Shown one piece after another: positions 10,075-18,557 of a DNA stretch of 64,000 bases. Where the stretch lies: assembly GCA_964642475.1 (NCBI GenBank), contig CAZXRC010000005.1:68859-132858 (forward strand), read 5' to 3'. Position numbers and translations under genes: made by a program. Within the stretch, counting starts at the first letter, position 1. Every line of letters begins with the position of its first letter. A model generated the notes under the pieces. That model had not been told where the DNA came from. It did not search any database and saw nothing but the letters and a program-made list of their open reading frames with translations. This stretch comes from an uncultured Gemmatimonadaceae bacterium. Lineage in GTDB: Bacteria; Gemmatimonadota; Gemmatimonadetes; Gemmatimonadales; GWC2-71-9.

Positions 10075-10811
10075 GTCACACGCCCACGGTCGTAATCGCC
10101 GACGACCATCCGTTCGTCTGTGACGGCCTCCGCGCCAATCTCGAGCCGGCGTGCTCGGTGGTCGGGGTGACCCATCATGGCGAGGATGTGCTCGGCCTGA
10201 TCGATAGCCTGCGCCCGGAACTCCTCCTGCTCGACCTCATGCTTCCCGGTCGCGGCGGCCCCTGGCTCATTCGGGAAATCAAGAGTCGGCCGTCCCCGCC
10301 TCGGATCCTGATCGTCACGATGCACGCCGATCCGGCCTACGCCGAGGTATGTCTCAGGGCGGGAGCGGATGGGTATCTCCTCAAGACGGCCCGCGCCTCC
10401 GAGCTCCGGGAAGCGGTCCGGGAAACGCTGGCCGGCCGCCCCTTCGTTTCGCCCGAGGTGCACGCGGGCCCGGGCCAGCCTCCCCACCAGTGGGAGTCCA
10501 TGGGCCACCTCCGGCACGACGAGTGGGTGCGGCTCAAGCAGCTCACGCCGAGGCAACTGCAGGTCCTGGCCCTGCTTGGCCGCGGAAGCAGCAGCACCGA
10601 GATCGGCGCCGCGCTGGGGGTGTCCGTGAAGGCGGTGGAGTATCACCGCTCGGCGATCCGCCGCACGCTGGGGATCGGCACCACCGCCGGCCTGTACCGC
10701 GTGGCAACGCTCTATCTCGAAACGACGGAGGCGGCAGCCGGAATGATCCCCGGCTCGGGCCCGCTGGCCGGGACCGCTCCCGATTCCCCAGACCAATCGG
10801 CCGACCGGTAG
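10071..10811 (+). CDS. NarL/LuxR-family response regulator
   Basis: REC (ADDH...LLDLMLP) plus LuxR HTH (LTPRQLQVLALLGRG...SVKAVEYHRSAIRRTLG). Confidence 0.92.
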   Translation: MSHTPTVVIADDHPFVCDGLRANLEPACSVVGVTHHGEDVLGLIDSLRPELLLLDLMLPGRGGPWLIREIKSRPSPPRILIVTMHADPAYAEVCLRAGADGYLLKTARASELREAVRETLAGRPFVSPEVHAGPGQPPHQWESMGHLRHDEWVRLKQLTPRQLQVLALLGRGSSSTEIGAALGVSVKAVEYHRSAIRRTLGIGTTAGLYRVATLYLETTEAAAGMIPGSGPLAGTAPDSPDQSADR

Positions 10812-11069
10812 CCCATGGCCGTAGCCCTAAAGGAGTGGAACCCCGGATCCGCCCTGATGTCGAGAGGACTCGGCGTGTCCTTTTCGTACCACTGTCCGAG
10901 CGGTGACGCTACAATGGCAACCCCTAGCATTCTCTCATAAGAGATTGTGAGACAATGAGATAGGCGCCTCGCTCAGGACTTCCAGAATTCCCATTCCGCA
11001 TGGCGCTGAACTTGCGGCCTCAGGATTTCGGTGGTGTCGGTCGATCCTCTGAGGCGGGAGGTTCCGCAT

Positions 11070-11156
11070 ATGATCAAAGCCTTGTTCACGATGATCCTGT
11101 TGAGCAACGATCACGCAGCTCGCCTGGTCGAGCGCCTTCACCGACTCAAAGCCTAG
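11070..11156 (+). CDS. Possible 28-aa small ORF
   Basis: GGGAGG RBS then ATG. Translates MIKALFTMILLSNDHAARLVERLHRLKA. Below the track length cutoff. Confidence 0.3.
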   Translation: MIKALFTMILLSNDHAARLVERLHRLKA

Positions 11157-11274
11157 CCGACGCTCGGTCAGGAACGGGAACGGGGCGGCCGATAGCCGCC
11201 CCGTTCTGCATTCCTGCCACCCCGCCGACGCCGGCGCGACCCCATCTCAGCGCCGCCGACGAGGTCGCCCGGCC

Positions 11275-12105
11275 CTACCGGGTGGACGAGAGCGGGTGCT
11301 CGAAGCTCAGGTAGGCGAAATAGTCGTGCGCCGTTTCGCCCTCGCTCCGGGTGAAAGGTACGGCGAACCCGGGCACCACCTGCAGGCGTCCGAAATTGAC
11401 CGCTGCCCGCACCCCCGGACTGAAAATCCACGAGGTGGTGTAGCCGACCTTGCCGGTCGGGTCGATCGCGCCGTCGTGGCTGACCAGGCTCTCCATCATG
11501 AGTTGCACCGGCACGGTGACCGGGCCGATCAGGCTCCCCCCGGCAAAGAGGCCGCCTACCGTGCGCCTGGGCCGAGCGCCACCCGTGGCCGGGCCTTGGG
11601 CCCAGGGCAGGACCGTGGCACCGGCATTCAGGTGGGTCACGACCTGACTCGAAAGGCGGTAGGAAAGCGGCAGGTTCATCTGGAGCCCGGGGCTGCCGTC
11701 CCCGAGGCCGCGTGCGACGCTGCCCGTCGGCAGGATCACGCTGAGACGCGGCGCCAGGGCCCATGACAGTTCGCCGGCCCCGAATTGCACCCGGTAGTTG
11801 AGCAGGAGGTCACCGAACCCCGCCGAGCGCCCGTCGAGACGAGTAACCGGCAGGGTGTAGCTCAGTTGATGGCGCTGACTCCGGAAGGGCCACTCCTGGG
11901 TGAAGGAGTAGAACAGATCCCGGTGACGGGCCCCGGCCAGGGCGACCGTATTGATGTGCTGCACCACACCCGGTTCCTGATTGTATCCCTCCTCGATGAA
12001 GAAGGAGTTGTCCTCGATGACCGGTTCCACCCCGTCCTGCGCCGGGAGCGCTGCGGTGAAGAGGGGAATCAGGAGGAGAGCCGCGAGAATCGTCCGGCCC
12101 GTCAT
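11275..12105 (-). CDS. Exported 'transporter' / MetA-pathway-phenol-degradation-like beta-barrel protein
   Basis: Signal peptide, IEDNSFFIEEGYNQEPGVVQH motif, alternating beta-strands, GFGDL and LPTGS motifs. Confidence 0.65.
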   Translation of the reverse strand: MTGRTILAALLLIPLFTAALPAQDGVEPVIEDNSFFIEEGYNQEPGVVQHINTVALAGARHRDLFYSFTQEWPFRSQRHQLSYTLPVTRLDGRSAGFGDLLLNYRVQFGAGELSWALAPRLSVILPTGSVARGLGDGSPGLQMNLPLSYRLSSQVVTHLNAGATVLPWAQGPATGGARPRRTVGGLFAGGSLIGPVTVPVQLMMESLVSHDGAIDPTGKVGYTTSWIFSPGVRAAVNFGRLQVVPGFAVPFTRSEGETAHDYFAYLSFEHPLSSTR

Positions 12106-12364
12106 CGTCTCGTCTCCAGGAAAGCGTTGGCGCCAGGCCGAGGTAGCCGGCGGGCCAGAATGTAGCTACGAGCGACTCAGCCCGTCTGGCGCGGCCACTC
12201 GGCCCTGTAGTGCAGGGTCCGCCGTCCTGCCGCCGCCCCGAGCAGCAGAAGGTAAGCCTTTGCAGCACAATGCGATACCCTGTCGGGCCTTACCGGACTG
12301 AGGTCGCTCCGTGGGTGGTCCTCAGGTCGCCCCCGCAGATCTGCTGACCTCTCGGGTCGTCGGT

Positions 12365-13273
12365 TCATGACAGGAAGGTCCTCGCGCTTTCGGCGGTCTT
12401 CTGGACCGTCCCCACCAACTCCTCCACCTCCGCATCGGTCGCGCCGAGTTCCGTCAGGACATCGGCCGAGCTGCAATCGGCGGGGCCCTCCTCGGGCAGA
12501 CCCGCCCCGCCTTCGATACAGAGGGTCTCGGCCGCCTGGACGATTCGGCAGACCCGCTGATGCTGGTCGTCGGCCTGGGCCGGGTGGTGATGGTTGGTGA
12601 CCGCTTCGGCGGTGCTCGCGGGGAGTGACCAACGACCCAGAAGCAGCCCTCCGACCGCGCCGTGGTCCATGCCCAGGTGATCCTCCTCCACCTGCCAGAG
12701 CCGCCGATTGGCCTCGGCCCGAATGGTGAGCACTTCGTCGAACTCCCTCGGAAAGTGCTGCTCGATCACCAGCACGCCGGCATCGTGGAGCAGTCCGGCC
12801 ACGTAGATGTCGTCGGCGCTGATGGCAGGGTCATCGCCGAAGCGGTCCCAGAGCTTCCGCGCCATCATCCCCACGGCCGCGGAGTGGATCCAGAACTCCT
12901 GATGGTCGAGGCCACCGGCCCGGCTCCCGAAGGCTTTGACCACCGCCAGCACGATACAGACAGCCCGGACCTGGTTGACACCGAGCATCGACACGGCCGA
13001 CGACACCGACCCGATCCGATCCCCCCCGGGGCGGGCGAAAGCGGCGGAGTTGGCGGCACGAAGGAGCCGGGCGGTCAGGGCCGGGTCCCGTTCGATGATC
13101 CCGGCGACTTCCTTGGGGCCGGCATGCTCGTTGTCGAGCACCCGGTGGAGCTGAAACACCACGGTGGGCAAGGTGGGAAGGTTCTCCCCCTTGGCCAGCA
13201 AGTCCCGCATTCCGTTGATGATATACGGCACTCCCTGCCCCTCCCTGAAGCGGGGCATTCCCGCCCCGGACAT
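12365..13273 (-). CDS. HDOD domain protein
   Basis: LPTLP...DPALTARLLRAANSA...FWIHS...GLLHDAG...DHGAVG...W.LP. True start is probably downstream (e.g. 13210). Confidence 0.9.
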   Translation of the reverse strand: MSGAGMPRFREGQGVPYIINGMRDLLAKGENLPTLPTVVFQLHRVLDNEHAGPKEVAGIIERDPALTARLLRAANSAAFARPGGDRIGSVSSAVSMLGVNQVRAVCIVLAVVKAFGSRAGGLDHQEFWIHSAAVGMMARKLWDRFGDDPAISADDIYVAGLLHDAGVLVIEQHFPREFDEVLTIRAEANRRLWQVEEDHLGMDHGAVGGLLLGRWSLPASTAEAVTNHHHPAQADDQHQRVCRIVQAAETLCIEGGAGLPEEGPADCSSADVLTELGATDAEVEELVGTVQKTAESARTFLS

Positions 13274-13274
13274 C

Positions 13275-13306
13275 TCAAGGTATCGGCAAGCGCCACCGAT
13301 ACTTCA
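13275..13306. promoter_or_regulatory. Overlapping divergent sigma28-type promoters (motAB and HDOD gene)
   Basis: Plus: TCAAG-N15-ACCGATAC (13275-13302). Minus: TGAAG-N14-GCCGATAC (13306-13280). Confidence 0.6.
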
Positions 13307-13329
13307 GCCATGTCTACGGCAGGCTCTCC

Positions 13330-14196
13330 ATGATTGCGATCATCGGTCTGCTGGTGGTCCTTGGCGCGGTGGCGGGCGGGTTCACCATGGCCGGGGGCCA
13401 CCTGCCCGCGCTGTTCCATCTGTCCGAGATCGTGGTGATCGGCGGCGTCGCGCTGGGCACGGTGCTGATCTCCACCCCCGGGCCGGTTCTCAAGTCGCTG
13501 GGCGGCAAGCTGGGGGGGGTCTTTAAGGGAGGACGCTTCAGCAGGGCCACCTACCTGGAGGCCCTGAAGATGTTGTACGAGCTGTTCCAGGTCGCCCGGA
13601 AAGACGGCCTGGTGGCCATCGAGTCCCATATCGAGGACCCCGAGAAGAGTTCGATCTTCAAGAAGTACCCCAAGGTCCTCCATGAGCATCACGCCATGGA
13701 GTTCCTCTGCGATTCGCTCCGGCTGGTGCTGGTGGGAAGCGTGCCCCCCCATGACCTCGATGCCCTGATGGACGGGGAGATGGACGTGCACCACGAGGAG
13801 GCGGCCAAGCCGGCGGCGGCCCTGCAGAAGGTGGGCGACGCGCTCCCCGGCATCGGCATCGTGGCGGCGGTCCTCGGGATCGTCATCACCATGGGCGCCA
13901 TCTCCGGTCCGGTGGAGCAGATCGGCGAACACGTCGCCGCGGCGCTCACCGGCACTTTCCTCGGCGTGCTGCTGGCCTATGGCTTCATGGGGCCGCTGTC
14001 GTCCGCCATCGAGAACAGCAACCAGGAAGAGAGCCGGTTCTTCGCCTTCCTCAAGTCCAGCGTGGTGGCCTTCGCGAAGGGGTTCGCCCCCATCGTGGCG
14101 GTGGAGTTCGCCCGCCGGGCGATCTATTCCAACCACCGGCCGACCTTCCAGGAGATGGAAGCTGCCTGCAAGCAGGCGGCGAAAGCGAAGGGCTAA
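13330..14196 (+). CDS. motA: Flagellar stator protein MotA
   Basis: MotA TM pattern, ARKDGLVAIE, LPGIGIVAAVLG, ALTGTFLGVLLAYG, VEFARR. Confidence 0.97.
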   Translation: MIAIIGLLVVLGAVAGGFTMAGGHLPALFHLSEIVVIGGVALGTVLISTPGPVLKSLGGKLGGVFKGGRFSRATYLEALKMLYELFQVARKDGLVAIESHIEDPEKSSIFKKYPKVLHEHHAMEFLCDSLRLVLVGSVPPHDLDALMDGEMDVHHEEAAKPAAALQKVGDALPGIGIVAAVLGIVITMGAISGPVEQIGEHVAAALTGTFLGVLLAYGFMGPLSSAIENSNQEESRFFAFLKSSVVAFAKGFAPIVAVEFARRAIYSNHRPTFQEMEAACKQAAKAKG

Positions 14197-15084
14197 ATGA
14201 ACAAGGCCCGCGAACAGCCGATCATCATCGTCAAGAAGAAGGTCCACGGGCACGGCCACCATGGCGGCGCCTGGAAGGTGGCCTTCGCCGACTTCATGAC
14301 CGCCATGTTCGCGATGTTCCTGGTGCTCTGGCTGGTGAACCAGTCGAGCGACGTCAAGGCCGCGATCGCGGGCTACTTCCAGGACCCGCTGGGTCGGGCG
14401 GGGGAGTTCGGCAGCTCCATCATGCCGGGCGAGGGGGCCCAGACCCAGAGTCCCCGGATCATGTCGCCCCGCCAGGTGATCGACCTCCGGCGCGACCGGA
14501 TGCGGGCGGTGGCCGAGCAGATCAAGCAGCAGATCCGGGAAGTGCCCGCCCTGGCGGAGCTGGCCGAACACGTGGAGATCGAGGTCACCCCCGAGGGTCT
14601 CCGTATCCAGCTGCTGGAAGACTCGACCGGAGTCTTCTTCGAAACCGGCAACGCGGTCCCCAAATCGGCCGGGGCCGAGCTGCTGCGCTTCCTGGGCAAG
14701 ACCCTCAGTGCGCTCCCCAATGCGGTCGTGGTCGAAGGGTTCACCGACGCCAGGCCGTATCACCGGCTGGACGGCTACTCCAACTGGGAGCTGAGCGTCG
14801 ACCGGGCCAACGCCTCGCGCCGGATCATGCAGGAGGGCGGGCTCAACCCGGCCCAGGTGCAGCAGGTGCGCGGCTGGGCCGACCGCAAGCTGCGCGATCC
14901 CGAGCACCCTTTCGCCGATGCCAATCGCCGGGTGACGGTGACCATGCTCCTGCCCGAGGTCGTCACCGACTCCCTGGCGACCCGCCTGGGCGCGGCGCAC
15001 GACTCTCTCGCGGCCCACCAGGCGATGCCCGAGGCGGCCCTGCTCCCGGCCGACAGCGGGCACCCGGTCGCCACCCCCCCATGA
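14197..15084 (+). CDS. motB: Flagellar stator protein MotB
   Basis: HHGGAWKVAFADFMTAM and OmpA-like domain with NWELSVDRA. Confidence 0.97.
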   Translation: MNKAREQPIIIVKKKVHGHGHHGGAWKVAFADFMTAMFAMFLVLWLVNQSSDVKAAIAGYFQDPLGRAGEFGSSIMPGEGAQTQSPRIMSPRQVIDLRRDRMRAVAEQIKQQIREVPALAELAEHVEIEVTPEGLRIQLLEDSTGVFFETGNAVPKSAGAELLRFLGKTLSALPNAVVVEGFTDARPYHRLDGYSNWELSVDRANASRRIMQEGGLNPAQVQQVRGWADRKLRDPEHPFADANRRVTVTMLLPEVVTDSLATRLGAAHDSLAAHQAMPEAALLPADSGHPVATPP

Positions 15085-16268
15085 GCGTCCCCGTCAGCAC
15101 GGTCCTCCTGGTCGAAGACGACCCGACCACGCTGGCGCACTTCCGCCGGGTGCTGGAACACGAGCCCGCGCTCCGGGTCACCACCGCGACCAACGGCCGT
15201 GAGGGAATGGCGCTGGCCCGCGAACTCACGCCGGACCTGATCATCTCCGATTACCAGATGCCGGAGATGAACGGCTTCGAGTTCTGCCGCGCCGTCAAGG
15301 CCGATCCCGCCCTCGCCGGCTGTCTCTTCGTGGTGCTGAGCGGCTTCACCGACACCTCGCTCAAGGTCCGGGGTCTCAACCTCGGGGTGGACGACTACCT
15401 CACCAAGCCGATCGATATTCCCGAGCTCCTGGCCCGGGTCCGGGCCAGCCTGCGCCTCAAGCGGCTGCAGGACGAGCTTCGGGGCGACCGGGACGAGATC
15501 CACCAGCTCCACGAGGAGCTGGAGCGGAGCTTCGACCAACTGCTGCACCTGCTGATTCAGCTGGAGGACCAGGGGCTGCCGGGCGCCGCCGAACGCGGGG
15601 TCCGGCTGGCGGATCTGGCGCTCAAGCTGGCGGAGCGGTTCGACATCCCGCAGGAGCTCCGGGCTGATATGGTCATCGCCGCGAAGCTCCACGAGATCGG
15701 GCACGTGGTGGATGCGGCCCACCACACGGCGGGCACCCCCGATCAGCCGGGCTGGCACCATGCGGTGGTCTCGGCGGCGCTGATGGAACAGGTCGAACGG
15801 CTCAAGGGGGCGGCGGAGCTGATCCGCTGGACCTCGGAGAACTGGGATGGCACCGGCCAGCCGGATCACCTGGTCTCGGGACAGATCCCCCTTCGCTCCC
15901 GGCTGCTTCGGGTGGCGGGCGACTTCCTCGAGCTGGTGAGCGCCCGGCCCGACCGGCCGGCCCTGACGCCGCAGCGCGCCATCGACCAGCTCACCCTTCG
16001 GTCCGCGACCTGGTACGACCCCCTGGCCCTGGTGCACCTGTCCTCGGTGGTGCTGGACCGGCCACGGGAAGAGTGGGAATCGACCCGGTTCGCGGTGGCG
16101 GTGGATCAGCTGCAGATCGGGATGGTGCTCGCCGCCGACGTGAGCACCAGTGGCGGGGTAAAGCTGCTGGCCCGGGGGGCGACCATCACCGAGAGCGTCC
16201 TGCAGGTCATCCAGCGGCGGCACGCGGCCGATCCCATCATCGACGCCGTCTGGATCAAGAAGAGCTAG
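15081..16268 (+). CDS. Response regulator with degenerate HD-GYP-like domain
   Basis: REC (IISDYQMP), coiled coil, then KLHEIG and ENWDGTGQPDHL in place of LHDIG / ERWDGSGYP. Confidence 0.8.
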   Translation: MSVPVSTVLLVEDDPTTLAHFRRVLEHEPALRVTTATNGREGMALARELTPDLIISDYQMPEMNGFEFCRAVKADPALAGCLFVVLSGFTDTSLKVRGLNLGVDDYLTKPIDIPELLARVRASLRLKRLQDELRGDRDEIHQLHEELERSFDQLLHLLIQLEDQGLPGAAERGVRLADLALKLAERFDIPQELRADMVIAAKLHEIGHVVDAAHHTAGTPDQPGWHHAVVSAALMEQVERLKGAAELIRWTSENWDGTGQPDHLVSGQIPLRSRLLRVAGDFLELVSARPDRPALTPQRAIDQLTLRSATWYDPLALVHLSSVVLDRPREEWESTRFAVAVDQLQIGMVLAADVSTSGGVKLLARGATITESVLQVIQRRHAADPIIDAVWIKKS

Positions 16269-16344
16269 CGCCGCTCAGGGCGGTTGCGCCGGGGAGGTCC
16301 CGGCGGCTAACCTAGTGGGTCCTCTCCGGGGAGCGATCCCAGCC

Positions 16345-17082
16345 GTGAGTGCGCCCGCCGTGCCTGCCGCGTTGTCCCTGCTTCAGCATGAAGAGCTGCT
16401 CATCCGCGCCGATCGGACCGCCGTCATGGCGACGCTGGCGCGGGGGATGGCCCACGACCTTCGCGGCCCGCTGCAGACCCTGACGCTCATGGTGGACCCC
16501 CACGCCGATCTCTTCGGCAGCCCGGAGGGGGGACGCCTGATGGGCGCGGTAAGTGCCGCGGTCCAGCATCTCACCGAGACCATCACCCGCTTCGGCCAGG
16601 TCTATTCCCCGATCGAGACCGACGCGGCGCCGCTGATCGCCGAGGAAGTGCTCACCTACGTCTCCGATCTTCAGCGCTATCAGCGGGGGCTCGCCCCCAC
16701 CGAGTTGTCGCTGCGGATCTCCGCCGGGCTGCCGCCGCTGCGGGGCATCGAGTACCACCTGCGGCACCTGCTGTTGAGCCTGATCGTCAACGCCAAGCAG
16801 GCCCTCCAGGGACGGGCTGACGGTCAGATCGTCCTCGGCGCGGACCTGCATGGGTGCGAGGTCCGGCTGAGCGTGCAGGATAACGGCCCGGGAATGCACG
16901 AGGACGTGCTGGTGCGGGCCTTCGAGCCGTTCTTCACCACCCGCGACGGCAGCATGGGGATCGGGCTCACGGTGGCCCGGTGGCTGGCCGAGCGGATGGG
17001 TGGGCGCCTGTGGCTTGAGCCGGGGCGATTCGGCGGGACGACTGCGGTGGTGTCGCTGCCGGAATGGAAACGGAGCGGGTAG
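16345..17082 (+). CDS. Sensor-less cytoplasmic histidine kinase
   Basis: MAHDLRGPL H-box, NAKQA, DNGPGM, GIGL. Probable GTG start at 16345 (track 16315). No input domain. Confidence 0.82.
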   Translation: MSAPAVPAALSLLQHEELLIRADRTAVMATLARGMAHDLRGPLQTLTLMVDPHADLFGSPEGGRLMGAVSAAVQHLTETITRFGQVYSPIETDAAPLIAEEVLTYVSDLQRYQRGLAPTELSLRISAGLPPLRGIEYHLRHLLLSLIVNAKQALQGRADGQIVLGADLHGCEVRLSVQDNGPGMHEDVLVRAFEPFFTTRDGSMGIGLTVARWLAERMGGRLWLEPGRFGGTTAVVSLPEWKRSG

Positions 17083-17084
17083 GC

Positions 17085-17137
17085 GGGCGGTCAGGCGGTC
17101 AGGCGGTCGGGCGGACAGGCGGACAGGCGGACAGGCG
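17085..17137. repeat. Tandem 8-mer array (RGGCGGWC)x6 plus partial unit
   Basis: gggcggtc aggcggtc aggcggtc gggcggac aggcggac aggcggac aggcg between convergent stops. Confidence 0.9.
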
Positions 17138-17145
17138 ACTCGACG

Positions 17146-18144
17146 TTAGGGATTCCCTGCTGCGCTCGGGGTGATCGCCGGGCTCTGTGACGCGCCAAGG
17201 CGCACGGCCCACCAGGCCACAACGCCGATACCCCCTCCCTGGATTGCCAGGCTCGCCCCCGACGACAGGCCAAGGTGCTCGGCGATCGCCGGACCCGCGA
17301 ACCAGTAGTAGACCCCGCCCGCGAGACCGGCCAGGACCGGCAACGCCACCCGCGACGACACTCGGAAGAGCGTCACCAGCCCCGCGCACAACACCAGGCT
17401 CGCAAACGACCAGCCCAGCACCACCTGGTAGACCACCGGTGCCCGGTTCATGCCGAGGTCACCCACCGCATTGTACCCGACGATGAACCCCGGCAGAGCC
17501 GCGAAGAAGGCGCCGTGGGGTGACGCCAGCCAGGCGTGGCTCCGCCGTACGGGGCCCAGCACCTGGCGCACGGTCTTCCCCCTGGCCAGGTCGAGGCATC
17601 CGCGCGGGGTACAGACGGTGCAGCTGACACAGCGGCCCCGCTCCACCGGCAGGAGCGGCGCCTGCCCGTAGAGGAGCTCGACCGGCAGCACCGGGCAGAG
17701 GGCGTTGCACCAGGCCGAGCGCACCGGGAAGAGCGCGCCCAGGAGGAGCGCCATGGCCGCGACCCCGACCACCACCCCCGCGAGCGCCGGGCCGTCCTGG
17801 TTGAACAGCAGGTGCCGGGCGGGTACCAGCAGGAGGAACAGCCCGAGCCCGCCCGCCCGCAGCGCGGCGATCGTGCGGGGGGTGAGTTCGCGTGGCCGAC
17901 CCAGACGATTGCCCCATTCGCTGAGAGTGGCGAGGGGACAGACGCCCCGCCACAGGGAGGGGGTCATGAAGAACGTCGCTGGAAGCAGGGGGATGATGAC
18001 GTACCAGAGCCCCGTCAGCGCTGGGCCGGGCCAGCGCACCAGCGCGCCGAGGAGGGCGGCGGTCGCGGCGAGCGCGCCCCAGCGGGCCACGGTCCACCGG
18101 CGGGCAACCCGCCGAGATTGGTCCAGCACCAGGAGTCTGGCCAT
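17146..18144 (-). CDS. Membrane protein with 4Fe-4S-binding (NapH/CcoG-like) Cys motifs
   Basis: Several TM helices, W.G.CP and WCNALCP motifs, CxxCxxCxxxxC cluster. Confidence 0.7.
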   Translation of the reverse strand: MARLLVLDQSRRVARRWTVARWGALAATAALLGALVRWPGPALTGLWYVIIPLLPATFFMTPSLWRGVCPLATLSEWGNRLGRPRELTPRTIAALRAGGLGLFLLLVPARHLLFNQDGPALAGVVVGVAAMALLLGALFPVRSAWCNALCPVLPVELLYGQAPLLPVERGRCVSCTVCTPRGCLDLARGKTVRQVLGPVRRSHAWLASPHGAFFAALPGFIVGYNAVGDLGMNRAPVVYQVVLGWSFASLVLCAGLVTLFRVSSRVALPVLAGLAGGVYYWFAGPAIAEHLGLSSGASLAIQGGGIGVVAWWAVRLGASQSPAITPSAAGNP

Positions 18145-18226
18145 GCGATCGGAGTGGAGGCGCCTGGAAACTACCGGGTTCGGCCCTGGGTGCCACCGCT
18201 GGCTCGGAGACCGCCTTCCTGACGAG

Positions 18227-18259
18227 ACGCCGGCCCCGCGGGTTGCGCGGGGCCGGCGT
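18227..18259 (-). terminator. GC-rich hairpin after csrA
   Basis: 14-bp perfect stem acgccggccccgcg / cgcggggccggcgt. No U-tract, so terminator function is uncertain. Confidence 0.45.
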
Positions 18260-18288
18260 GGTGGGTGACGACGGGCCTTCGGAGGCGG

Positions 18289-18525
18289 CTACTTGGCCGG
18301 GCCCCTGAGCGGGAGGGTCTCGAGCCACTCGGTGCCCGACTGCCGGGCGTTGGCCCGCCGGTTCTCCTCGGCGATGCGCGAGACCAGCTCTTCCCGCTGG
18401 ATGTTCACGCTGGGAGGCGCCTCGATGCCGATCCGGGCGCCCCGCCGATCGCTCGAGAGCACCACGATCCGGATCCCTCCGTCCAGGAGGATCGCCTCTC
18501 CCTGGCGACGATTCAGAATCAGCAC
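18289..18525 (-). CDS. csrA: Carbon storage regulator CsrA
   Basis: MLILNRRQGEAI...IGIEAPPSVNIQREE. Position after flgK. Confidence 0.93.
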   Translation of the reverse strand: MLILNRRQGEAILLDGGIRIVVLSSDRRGARIGIEAPPSVNIQREELVSRIAEENRRANARQSGTEWLETLPLRGPAK

Positions 18526-18557
18526 GTCCGCGCCTGCCTCTCCCCGGCCATGTGAGC

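Noticed and set aside
10915-10929. TGGCAACCCCTAGCA as a sigma54 promoter
   Set aside because: GG-to-GC spacing is one base short of the strict -24/-12 requirement.
12203-12217. Palindrome CCCTG-TAGTG-CAGGG upstream of the beta-barrel gene as a MerR/CadR-type operator
   Set aside because: Shorter than canonical operators, no flanking -35/-10 with extended spacer recognised, and no regulator nearby.
17085-17137. Short repeat arrays as a CRISPR array
   Set aside because: Units are 7-8 nt with no spacers, and there are no cas genes.
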